Source of the DNA: Acidobacteriales bacterium 59-55
GTDB lineage: Bacteria; Acidobacteriota; Terriglobia; Terriglobales; Acidobacteriaceae
Reading direction: 5' to 3'
Assembly (NCBI GenBank): GCA_001897435.1
Contig: MKSV01000003.1
Coordinates: 651,250 to 715,249 of the forward strand
Length of the DNA stretch: 64,000 bases
Part shown: positions 37,579 to 45,968 of the stretch, in pieces
Layout: the number at the start of each line of letters is the position of its first letter
Position numbering within the stretch: the first letter of the stretch is position 1
Program-made: the position numbers and the translations under genes
Notes under the pieces: model-generated
Told to the model about the DNA's origin: nothing
The model's database searches: none
The model's input: the letters and a program-made list of their open reading frames with translations, nothing else

Positions 37579-38517
37579 TTAGCCTTCCTTCAACGAGATG
37601 CCGCGCCGCAGCTTCGCCGCCGTCACCGTATTCTTCATCAGCATGGCGATCGTCAGCGCGCCCACGCCGCCTGGAACCGGAGTATACGCGCCCGCAATCG
37701 CAAATGCAGCGGGATCGATGTCACCCACCACCACCGAGCCGCGCTTGGCAAACGAAGCCGCGCGCTTGGCGTCGCCGGGAAAGAATCGCTCCACCTCGGC
37801 CGCATCGGTCACGCGATTGATGCCGACGTCGATCAGCGTCGCGCCCGGCTTAACCATCTCCGCCGTCACATATCCCGGACGCCCGATCGCCGCCACCAGC
37901 AGGTCCGCCCCGCGCGTGATGCCCGGCAGATCGACCGTCTTGCTGTGGCAGATCGTCACCGTCGCCGAGGCGTTCAGCAGCATCATCGCCGCGGGTTTGC
38001 CCACGATGTCCGAGCGGCCCACCACCACGGCGTTCTGCCCCGAGATCGGCAGGTCGCTGCGCTTCAGAATCTCGATGATCCCGGCCGGCGTGCACGGCGC
38101 CAGCCCCGGCTGCCCGCTCTGCAACCGGCCCGCGTTGACGGGATGAAAGCCATCGACGTCCTTGTCCGGCGACACCGCCTCCAGCAGCCGCTTGGTATCG
38201 ACGTGCTTCGGCAGCGGCAACTGGATCAGGATGCCGTCAATGTCCTCGCGCGCGTTCAGCTCCGCCACCAGCGCCAGCATCTCGTCAGTCGTGATGCTCT
38301 CGGGCGGCGTCAGCATCTCGCTGTAAATGCCAAGCTCGCCGCAGGTCTTCACCTTGCTGCGAACGTAGATCTGCGAGGCCGGAACCTCGCCAACGAGAAT
38401 AACGGCGAGTCCCGGGGTGATTCCCCGCGCCGCAAGCTCTTTGACCTCAACCGCGACCTCGTCCTTGATCTGACCGGCAATCGCGACGCCATCTAAAATT
38501 CGTGGAGTATTTTTCAT
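37579..38517 (-). CDS. folD: Methylenetetrahydrofolate dehydrogenase/cyclohydrolase
   Basis: GILIQLPLP, KDVDGFHP, PCTP, GRSDIVGKP, TPVPGGVG. Confidence 0.96.
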   Translation of the reverse strand: MKNTPRILDGVAIAGQIKDEVAVEVKELAARGITPGLAVILVGEVPASQIYVRSKVKTCGELGIYSEMLTPPESITTDEMLALVAELNAREDIDGILIQLPLPKHVDTKRLLEAVSPDKDVDGFHPVNAGRLQSGQPGLAPCTPAGIIEILKRSDLPISGQNAVVVGRSDIVGKPAAMMLLNASATVTICHSKTVDLPGITRGADLLVAAIGRPGYVTAEMVKPGATLIDVGINRVTDAAEVERFFPGDAKRAASFAKRGSVVVGDIDPAAFAIAGAYTPVPGGVGALTIAMLMKNTVTAAKLRRGISLKEG

Positions 38518-38577
38518 CTCCTTCATGGTATCGCGCCGCACCTCAAACCCGTCTCAACCGCAGCCATCCTCAAACAA

Positions 38578-38657
38578 ACGTCATCTCGACCCGGAGCCCC
38601 CCTCAAAGAAACGTCATCTCGACCGGAGCGAAGCGCAGTGGAGAGACCCCTGTATTT
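38578..38657 (+). repeat. REP-like family A (two heads)
   Basis: Family A termini. Confidence 0.8.
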
Positions 38658-38731
38658 TGTATTTGCCTTTCCTCCGCACTCTCTCCAAACGCACCACCGC
38701 CGCTCTTCCCCGAGGCTCTAATATAGAGACC

Positions 38732-38914
38732 ATGAGCCCCCGCCCCCTCACGGCAGATGACCTTCGCTGGCTGGCCTGCCCGATCTGCCGCCTTCCCCTC
38801 GAGCTTCAGATCGACGCTGTGCTCTGCACCGGCTGCGCCCGCCGCTACCCTATCGTGGACGGCCTCCCCGTCCTGCTCGCCGAGCGAGCCATCCGGAGCA
38901 GCTCTCCTGTCTAA
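38732..38914 (+). CDS. Trm112 family protein
   Basis: LACPICRLPL...CTGCARRYPIVDGLPVLL. Confidence 0.85.
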   Translation: MSPRPLTADDLRWLACPICRLPLELQIDAVLCTGCARRYPIVDGLPVLLAERAIRSSSPV

Positions 38915-39089
38915 CCCGCACAATCAAGGGAACTTTGTACGGCAATCCAGCGTAGAACCAGTGTGGCCGCGCAGTAGCGCCGCAATTGATTCCGCGTCCT
39001 CTGTAACCTCAGCCCTGCTGGAGCATCTTATCTAGCAGGTTCCAGCGGCTTGACGAAATTTGAGAGAGGATTTGAGAAAGGAGAAGACC

Positions 39090-39341
39090 ATGACAGACAT
39101 CCAGAAGACCCAGATGGTTGAACAGTTTCCGGCAGCCGATCTCAATGGCCTTCGCGAAGAGATACGCAAGTCGAGCGTCGATGGCTGGCAGTCGGCCGCG
39201 CTCATCAGCAGCTTCCTCTCCGGACGCGGCTACGGCGTCTCCACCGACGCCGCGCGCATCGCCGCGTCGCGCATCGAATCTGTCGGCTGTTCGCTCGAAT
39301 CCATGCAGGAAGAGCTGGAAAAGCTCGCGCTGGTCATGTAG
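39090..39341 (+). CDS. Small hypothetical protein
   Basis: AAGGAG SD, 83-aa ORF followed by terminator. Confidence 0.7.
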   Translation: MTDIQKTQMVEQFPAADLNGLREEIRKSSVDGWQSAALISSFLSGRGYGVSTDAARIAASRIESVGCSLESMQEELEKLALVM

Positions 39342-39364
39342 GCAAACCCGTTCCGAAGAGATTT

Positions 39365-39396
39365 ATCAAAAGCGCCCGCAACGGGCGCTTTTGATT
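39365..39396. terminator. Rho-independent terminator (bidirectional shape)
   Basis: ATCAAAAGCGCCCG-CAA-CGGGCGCTTTTGAT. Confidence 0.8.
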
Positions 39397-39426
39397 TACC
39401 TCGATATCTCCTCCAAAATTCAAACG

Positions 39427-39490
39427 CACGTCATCTCGACCGAAGGCGTGCAGTTTTGTCGCGCGCCGCAGCGGAAAGCCCCTTGTATTT
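39427..39490 (+). repeat. REP-like family A (diverged)
   Basis: CGTCATCTCGACC head, CCCTTGTATTT tail. Confidence 0.7.
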
Positions 39491-39718
39491 CGCCTCTATC
39501 GCAGCGCCAGCCTTCCTTAGTTTATGGTTGAATCATGCCGTCCCTTTGAAGGTCCGCATGAGGCTGGCCATCACTGTTTTAGCAGGTGACCGCAGAGGTG
39601 TCCAAAGAAAAGTGGACACCTCTCGGTTTTACTATCGCGTTGGGCGCTCTTGGCTGCATCGCTTCTTGGGATGCGAGCGGGCCACCGGGGTTGTCTCTGC
39701 CCACGGCAGCCCCGGTTT

Positions 39719-39922
39719 TTATTCGTCGCCAGGCAGAGCGTAGCGGGTGTAGGACACTTCGCCGCGAGCGCCACAGGCAGGACAGCGGTTCAGGCATGTA
39801 CTCGGATTGCGCGGCTTCCAACCGTGATGGCACAGCCCGCACGTAGCACGGAGCCGCCGCGCCAAGGACACCTCTGTTTCAAGCAGCGCCGACAGTTGGG
39901 CCGACGAGATGTACACCTTCAT
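39719..39922 (-). CDS. Small Zn-ribbon protein (element cargo, 67 aa)
   Basis: AAGGTG SD then MKVYISS...TCGLCHHGWKPRNPSTCLNRCPACG. Confidence 0.6.
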   Translation of the reverse strand: MKVYISSAQLSALLETEVSLARRLRATCGLCHHGWKPRNPSTCLNRCPACGARGEVSYTRYALPGDE

Positions 39923-40902
39923 CACCTTCTCTTTCACCGAAACACCTCCTGTACACAGGACTACCACCAAAAAGCAGAGCGCCCCACCAAGGCCGAGCCA
40001 AGCTCCGGGGCTACCCGGCACCCCAGCCGACGCGGGCGAGTACCCGCGTGAGGCATGGGCGGCAGTACCAGCCCCGTGGGATGAGCGAGCGGAAGTACAC
40101 CAGCGCCGAGCGCTGATGGCAATGTGGGCAAGTGGCGACGATGCGATGAGACGACATGATGAACCCCCCCTAGGGCTGATTGCCCGGTATGGTTTCCCCC
40201 ACTGCATGGAGTCAAGGCGGGCGGCTTTATCGCCCCCGCGTGAGCGGCGCGGAGCGGCCTTGACCCATGCGGCATAGTGGGGGAACCGGGCAACAGCCTT
40301 TATCCGGGGGCAGGGCGAAGCCGTGAGGCCCCCTTGCGGGGCCGAAGCTGTTGCCGTTGCTGTTGCCGTTGCCTTTGCCTTTGCTGTTGCTTTGCGGCGG
40401 GGCGAAGCCGCGTAGCGGCGAGGTTGGTTTTTGCCGCGAAGCGGGCCGGAGCGGGGCTTTGCGGCGCGGAGGCCCCCGCCGAAGGCGGGAGGGCGACGCC
40501 GGGCCGCGCGGGGCGAGCGAAGCGGGGGCGTGGTGGGCCGCGCGGCACGGCGGGAGGCGTAGCCGGGAGCGAACGCCGTACTGTGGCGTGAGCGGAGGCC
40601 CAGCCGACGCCGGGACCGGCTGCGGGGCGAAGCGCAGCGGAGCAGTGCTGCGCGAGAGCGCAGAGCATGGCGCGTGACGCGGGCACTATCGCGGCGCGTG
40701 ACGTGCGGCACCGGGGCAGGGGACCCGCCGCAGCCGGACAGCCTGCCCGGGCCGCGCGGACGAAGCGCAGCGGAGGAGCACGACCGGGCACACAGATTGC
40801 CTGTAAACATCCGGGGCTTCCAGACCATCGGAGTTGCAAGACACTGCCGCTCCGGGTGCGCGGTCGAGCCGCGCCAGCCTCAGAAGCGTCCAGATGCACG
40901 AA

Positions 40903-40922
40903 GGCCCCGGTTGTCCGGGGCC
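40903..40922 (-). terminator. Hairpin ending the element's minus-strand operon
   Basis: GGCCCCGG-ACAA-CCGGGGCC-TTCGT on the minus strand, just after the 36-aa ORF. Confidence 0.55.
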
Positions 40923-40937
40923 TTGAGTGTGGGAGGG

Positions 40938-41048
40938 CTACTTGTGCCGCTTGGGTGCTGTTGGGCGCTTGACCTTGGGCGTGTGAACTTTGGGCCGGTT
41001 GACCTTGGGCGCGTGAATCACTGGCCGCTTTGCTCCTTGTTTGCTCAT
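40938..41048 (-). CDS. 36-aa Lys/Pro-rich basic peptide (element cargo)
   Basis: AAAGGAAG SD; MSKQGAKRPVIHAPKVNRPKVHTPKVKRPTAPKRHK. Confidence 0.5.
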   Translation of the reverse strand: MSKQGAKRPVIHAPKVNRPKVHTPKVKRPTAPKRHK

Positions 41049-41073
41049 TGCTATTGCTTCCTTTCCGGGCGCG

Positions 41074-41292
41074 TCAGCGTCCTGCTGCGACCGCGTGAAG
41101 CGCGGTAGGTTGAGTGGGTGCCTTGGCCTGGCGCGGGTGTGTCCAGTCCGGGGCGTGGTTGTGGTGCATCGCTGGCACGACGGCGATGGGCTTGGACGGC
41201 TTTTTTTCGTGGGGCCAGATGGCCGCCGCGACCTCATCGCCGACGACGCAGAAGCACGTCATGCAGCCAGGCACGAAGCCGACGACGCGCAC
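41074..41292 (-). CDS. Possible 72-aa hypothetical protein (element cargo)
   Basis: GTG overlapping the upstream stop (TAGTG); fills the gap in the operon. Confidence 0.35.
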   Translation of the reverse strand: MRVVGFVPGCMTCFCVVGDEVAAAIWPHEKKPSKPIAVVPAMHHNHAPDWTHPRQAKAPTQPTALHAVAAGR

Positions 41293-41582
41293 TAGCGGCG
41301 CTCCGGCGCGTCCGCTGCGGTGATCCAGAGCCGGGCCGCCTTCACCAGTTGCTGCGACTCTCTGATTGTGATGAGGTGAAGCTCGATGCCGCGCACCACG
41401 GTTGCGAGATACGCTTGCACGGACACCCGGCTCTCCAAGATGGGCATGTTCATGCGATAGGCGACTCGCGCCGCTTCGTTGGCGGCCCGCTGATCGCCGC
41501 CACATTCTACGATGCAGCGGCAGGCCTGGGCCGCCGCCTTCACTGCGAGGTGGACAGCCTCCGCGATGGTTGGTTCGTTCAT
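41292..41582 (-). CDS. 96-aa helical hypothetical protein (element cargo)
   Basis: ATGA overlap with integrase stop; GGAGG SD. Confidence 0.7.
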   Translation of the reverse strand: MNEPTIAEAVHLAVKAAAQACRCIVECGGDQRAANEAARVAYRMNMPILESRVSVQAYLATVVRGIELHLITIRESQQLVKAARLWITAADAPERR

Positions 41583-42585
41583 TGGATTGCCTCCGTGTGT
41601 GGGTTGAGTTTGGCGAGTTCGAGGATGGATGGCTCGACCGGCGTGGCGTGGTGGTCGAGGTAGATGAGCGTTGTTTGCAGGTCTTTGTGTCCGAGGACCG
41701 CTTGCACTTTACGGAGGTCGCGCGTCAGGTCGTAGACGCGCGCCGCCGTGGTGCGGCGTAGATCGTGCGAGGTGAGTTGCTTGGTGATCCCACACTCTTT
41801 GCGCAGTTTGTTGAAAGCGAGACTGAGTGACGATGCGGTGTTGTGACCGCGCGGACTCATCTGCGAGACGTAGGAGGTGATGCGGTCCGTTGTGTAGAGC
41901 GCGAACATTGCCGCGAGTTCGGCCGTGACTGGCAGCGTGAGCCGGTTCTGGTACTTGGTGGAGAAGGTAATCTCCCGGCGCTCGGAGTCGTAGTTGTTTG
42001 GACAGATGGCCGCCGCCGTGCTCTTTCGCAGGGCGAGGTCCGAACACAAGAGGATGTAGCAGCGCAGATGCAGCGGCGCGCGGCGCAGCAGCATCTCTCG
42101 CTCTTTGCCGGTGGCAGTGATGGCGCGCGGCGATGGACGTGTGACCTTGGGCACGTCGGCGAGCAGCGTATAGCTTGCGCCGTGCCGCTCGACCAGCCAG
42201 CGGATGATTTTCTTGAGGCACTGCGCGCGCTTGTAGCGAGTGTCGGCCGCGAGTTTTTGATACATCGCAGCGGCGCTCAGTACATCGGCTCGGCTGAGGT
42301 CGCGTACCTGCGTGTATCCTGCCGAGGCTATGAGGTACTTTGCCGAGGAGCCGGTGTGCGTGTGCCAGACGCCGCGCGCTTCGTTTTGACACGCGAACCA
42401 CGCCGTAAGCTCGGCGAGGACGACTCGCGCGACTGTCGGACCCCGCCTTTCCGTTTTGGGCGCGCCGCGCTCTTTCGCTCCTCTTCGTACTGCCGTGCAT
42501 CGTCTTCCGTTGTGAATGCCTTGCGGCGACGAACGCCGCGCCGGTCGCGCCAATCTGCATAGAAGCGATTGTCTTTCTGGTACAT
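41579..42585 (-). CDS. Tyrosine recombinase/integrase, two frames joined by predicted -1 frameshift (about 335 aa)
   Basis: Frame A (42585-42328) Arm-like MYQKDNRFYADWRDRRGVRRRKAF with GAGGTG SD; frame B LALRKS, HDLRRT, LGH, TTLIY catalytic set. Confidence 0.85.
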
Positions 42586-42648
42586 GGACACCTCTGGACA
42601 CCTGAGCGGCGCTGTGCAGCCGCGCCTCCCTTGGTTTATCGTCAGTTC

Positions 42649-45627
42649 ATGCCGTCCCTTTGGACCCCTCCTAATTGGCCACAGCGCCTTGCCGAACTTC
42701 AAGCCCCTACCGGAGACCTGAAAGAAGCCCCTTTACGACGTGATGTGCGTTCCCTCGGCGCCCTCCTCGGAGGCGTCCTGCGCGAGCAGGCGGGCGATGC
42801 CCTCTACGACGCCGTCGAAGCCCTCCGCCGCACCGCCATCGCCCGACGCGAGGCCGACGCCCGAGGCGACTCCAAAGCCGCCGCCGCGCACCTCGAAGAG
42901 GCTCTGGAGCGCGTCGCCGCGCTCGATCTCCCTTCCGCCTATCGCCTCGCCCGCGCCTTTGGCTTCTACTTCGAGCTCATCAACCTCGCCGAGACCAATC
43001 ACCGCAAGCGCCGCCGCCTGGCCATCCAGCTCGATCCCAACGCCGCCCCACAGCGCGGCGACCTGCGCGGAACCCTCCGCCGCCTGCGCGAGGCCGGCCT
43101 CGACGCCGCCCAGGCCTACGATCTGCTCCGCCGCATCTGCATCACGCCCGTCTTCACCGCGCACCCCACCGAGGTCGCCCGGCGCTCGGTCATGTTCAAG
43201 CGCCGCCGCATATCCGACCTGCTCGAACAGCTCGACCGCATCCCGGTGCCGAACGCCCATCTCGAATCGCTCGAGCGCGACCTCACCGCCGAGATCACCG
43301 CGCTCTGGCAGACCGACGACGTGCGCAGCGCCCGCCCCACCGTCCGTGACGAGATGCGCATGGCCCTCGACTACTACGAGACCAGCCTCTTCGACACCCT
43401 GCCCGTGCTCTACTCCGAGGTCGCCGCCGCGCTCGCCGAAGAGTACCCCGAATCCGCGGGTGAAAGCTCTGTTAAGGGCACGGCTTCAGCCCTGCCGGAA
43501 GCCACAACCAATAAAGGGGCTTTAGCCCCCGAGGGACACCCCCGCGCCATCTCCGATCTGCCCCAACTCGTCAGCTTCGGCTCCTGGATCGGCGGCGACC
43601 GCGACGGCAATCCCTTCGTCATCGCCGATGTCACCCGCGACGCCCTGGCCCTGGCGCAGAACCTTCTGCTCAACCACTACCGCCGCCGCCTGCAGAACGT
43701 CTTCGAGCAGCTCGGCAGCTCCGTCCAGCAGGTACCCGTCTCCGCCGCGGTCACCGCGCAGCTCGACCTCTACCTCGACCGTCTGCGCTCCGCCGGCCAG
43801 ACCACGCTCGAAGAGCGCTTCCCCCACGAGCGCCTCCGTTTGCTCATCGCCTGCATCATGATGCGGCTGGGAGCGACCCCGCAGTCCGGCCTGCCGCTTC
43901 CCTCCGAGCCCGCACTCACCCCCTACACCCGCGCCGCCGACCTGCTCGCCGACCTTGCACTGCTGCGCGGCAGCCTCGCCGAAAACCACGGCCACCGCCT
44001 GGCGCAGATGCTCATCGACCCGCTGCTGATCGAGGTCCGCACCTACGGCCTTCACCTCCAAACGCTCGACATCCGCCAGCACGCCCGTTTTCACTCCGCC
44101 GCCATCGCCGAAATTCTGGGCGAAGCATCACGGGAGGCGGGATCACAAACCCTCCAGCTCCCCCCAGCCCTCAGCCCGCAGACCACCGAGGTCCTCAACA
44201 CCTTCCGCGCCATCGCCGAGCTCAAGCAGGCCTACGCGCCCGAGTCCATCCAGCAGTACGTCATCAGCGGCGCAACCTCGGCCACCGACATCCTCGACGT
44301 GCTCCAGCTCGCCCGCCTCGGCGGCGTCAAGGTCGAGGGCGACCCCGGCCTTGGCGACCCCGGCCTGCAACCCGTCCCGCTCTTCGAGTACATCGAAGAC
44401 CTGCAGAACGCGCCCGCCGTCATGCGCCGGCTCTGGACCAGCGAAGCCTACAGGCCCCTGCTCGAAAGCTGGAACTACCGCCAGGAGGTCATGCTCGGCT
44501 ACTCCGACTCGAACAAGGACGGCGGCATGATCTCAAGCACCTGGGAGATCTACAAAGCTCACCGCGCCCTGCACCAGGTCGCCCGCGAGTGCGGCGTCCA
44601 TCTGCGCCTCTTCCACGGCCGCGGCGGCACCGTGGGCCGCGGCGGCGGCCCCACGCATCGCGCCATCTTCGCCCAGCCCATCGACAGCTTCACCGGCGAG
44701 CTTCGCCTCACCGAACAAGGCGAAGTCCTCAACTGGAAATACTCCGACGTCGTCCTCGCCGAGCGCAATCTGGAGTTGATGATCGCCGCCTCGCTCGACG
44801 CCATCGCCCGCCCGGACGCAAAGATCCAGGCCGCACAACCAGCAACCGGCAATCAACAACCAGCAACCGGCAACCAGCAACCAAATCCCGCCCCCCACCT
44901 CACCGGCGAGATTCTCCCCGAATGGGAGGCCGCGCTCGACGAGCTTTCGGCCACCTCCCGCGCCTTCTACCGCAAACACATCATCGACAACCCGGACACC
45001 TTCACCTACTTCGAGCAGTCCACGCCGGTCGCCGAACTCGAGCACGCCCGCCTCGGCTCCCGCCCCTCCAAGCGCAGCAAGAAGAAGTCCATGGACGACC
45101 TCCGCGCCATCCCCTGGGTCTTCGGCTGGATGCAGTCCCGCCAGCTCGTTCCCGCATACTTCGGCGTCGGCCACGCCCTCGAACTCTTCGTCAAGGAGCA
45201 CACCGATGGCCTCGCCCTGCTCCAGACCATGACCCGCTCCTTCCCGCTCTTTCTCGACATCGTCCGCAACGTCGAGATGGCGCTGGCCAAGGCCGACTTC
45301 GGCATCGCCCGCCTCTATGCCTCGCTGGTCGAGGACGCCGCCCTGCGCGACCGCGTCTTCACCACCCTCGAAGCAGAGTTCGACCTCACCCTGCGCATGA
45401 TCCTCGCCATCACCGGGCAGAAGGCGCTGCTCGAGACCAACCCCGTGCTCGAACGCTCCATCCGCCTGCGCAATCCCTACGTCGATCCCATGTCGCTGAT
45501 CCAGGTCGAGCTGATCCGCCGCAAGCGCGCCTTAATGGCCGCAGGCAAGCCCGACTCGCCCGAGCTGAACCGCGCCATCTCGGCCACCATCAACGGCATC
45601 AGCTCCGGCCTCCGCAACACCGGCTGA
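42649..45627 (+). CDS. ppc: Phosphoenolpyruvate carboxylase
   Basis: VFTAHPTE, SWIGGDRDGNP, QEVMLGYSDSNKDGG, FHGRGGTVGRGGGP, LRAIPWVFGW, LRNPY, GLRNTG. Confidence 0.97.
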   Translation: MPSLWTPPNWPQRLAELQAPTGDLKEAPLRRDVRSLGALLGGVLREQAGDALYDAVEALRRTAIARREADARGDSKAAAAHLEEALERVAALDLPSAYRLARAFGFYFELINLAETNHRKRRRLAIQLDPNAAPQRGDLRGTLRRLREAGLDAAQAYDLLRRICITPVFTAHPTEVARRSVMFKRRRISDLLEQLDRIPVPNAHLESLERDLTAEITALWQTDDVRSARPTVRDEMRMALDYYETSLFDTLPVLYSEVAAALAEEYPESAGESSVKGTASALPEATTNKGALAPEGHPRAISDLPQLVSFGSWIGGDRDGNPFVIADVTRDALALAQNLLLNHYRRRLQNVFEQLGSSVQQVPVSAAVTAQLDLYLDRLRSAGQTTLEERFPHERLRLLIACIMMRLGATPQSGLPLPSEPALTPYTRAADLLADLALLRGSLAENHGHRLAQMLIDPLLIEVRTYGLHLQTLDIRQHARFHSAAIAEILGEASREAGSQTLQLPPALSPQTTEVLNTFRAIAELKQAYAPESIQQYVISGATSATDILDVLQLARLGGVKVEGDPGLGDPGLQPVPLFEYIEDLQNAPAVMRRLWTSEAYRPLLESWNYRQEVMLGYSDSNKDGGMISSTWEIYKAHRALHQVARECGVHLRLFHGRGGTVGRGGGPTHRAIFAQPIDSFTGELRLTEQGEVLNWKYSDVVLAERNLELMIAASLDAIARPDAKIQAAQPATGNQQPATGNQQPNPAPHLTGEILPEWEAALDELSATSRAFYRKHIIDNPDTFTYFEQSTPVAELEHARLGSRPSKRSKKKSMDDLRAIPWVFGWMQSRQLVPAYFGVGHALELFVKEHTDGLALLQTMTRSFPLFLDIVRNVEMALAKADFGIARLYASLVEDAALRDRVFTTLEAEFDLTLRMILAITGQKALLETNPVLERSIRLRNPYVDPMSLIQVELIRRKRALMAAGKPDSPELNRAISATINGISSGLRNTG
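43473..43534 (+). repeat. Palindromic REP-like element lying in frame inside ppc
   Basis: GGCACGGC-TTCA-GCCCTGCC and GGGGCT-TT-AGCCCC hairpins; related intergenic copy at about 57905-57972. Confidence 0.65.
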
Positions 45628-45674
45628 TAAGGCATTCTCAGGCTCCCTGAAGCAAAACTGCCAGTACCCAAACT

Positions 45675-45756
45675 CACGTCATCTCAACCGGAGTCGCACC
45701 TCGAACGCACGTCATCTCGACCGAAGCGAAGCGCAGTGGAGAGACCCCTGTATTTC
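45675..45756 (+). repeat. REP-like family A (two heads)
   Basis: Family A termini. Confidence 0.8.
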
Positions 45757-45830
45757 GCCTCCGATGGCAGCAACATCTCCACAACGAAGACAAAATACAC
45801 CCCAGCCCCACACAGGATCGCAATCGAAGC

Positions 45831-45945
45831 GGGTGCCCCATGTCCCGATTCTGGGACATGGGTCTCAACTGTAGAAAAGCTACCGAAGGAAAAGCACGGC
45901 CCTACGCAGGAACCCCATGTCCGAAGATCCGGACATGGGGCACCC
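45831..45945. repeat. Family B inverted palindrome doublet (REPIN-like)
   Basis: GGGTGCCCCATGTCCC..GGGACATGGG ... CCCCATGTCC..GGACATGGGGCACCC. Confidence 0.75.
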
Positions 45946-45968
45946 AAAGCCGTAGCGGAAACAAAAGC

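Larger units (their letters stand above)
39533..42662. mobile_element. 3.1-kb tyrosine-integrase element inserted at the ppc start codon
   Basis: 16-bp direct repeat TCATGCCGTCCCTTTG at 39533-39548 and 42647-42662; integrase next to right end; TGGACACCT arm-type repeats near both ends. Confidence 0.88.

Noticed and set aside
39522-39548. att site as a XerCD dif site
   Set aside because: No match to the dif consensus, and the element has its own integrase.
39909-40277. 122-aa plus-strand ORF and other ORFs in 39586-40899 inside the element
   Set aside because: No SD or motif, overlapping alternatives, low complexity; cannot be supported, though not excluded.
41579-42601. 340-aa integrase starting at GTG 42601 as given in the ORF track
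   Set aside because: No SD, and the first 48 residues look non-protein-like; the Arm-like sequence and SD are in the other frame.
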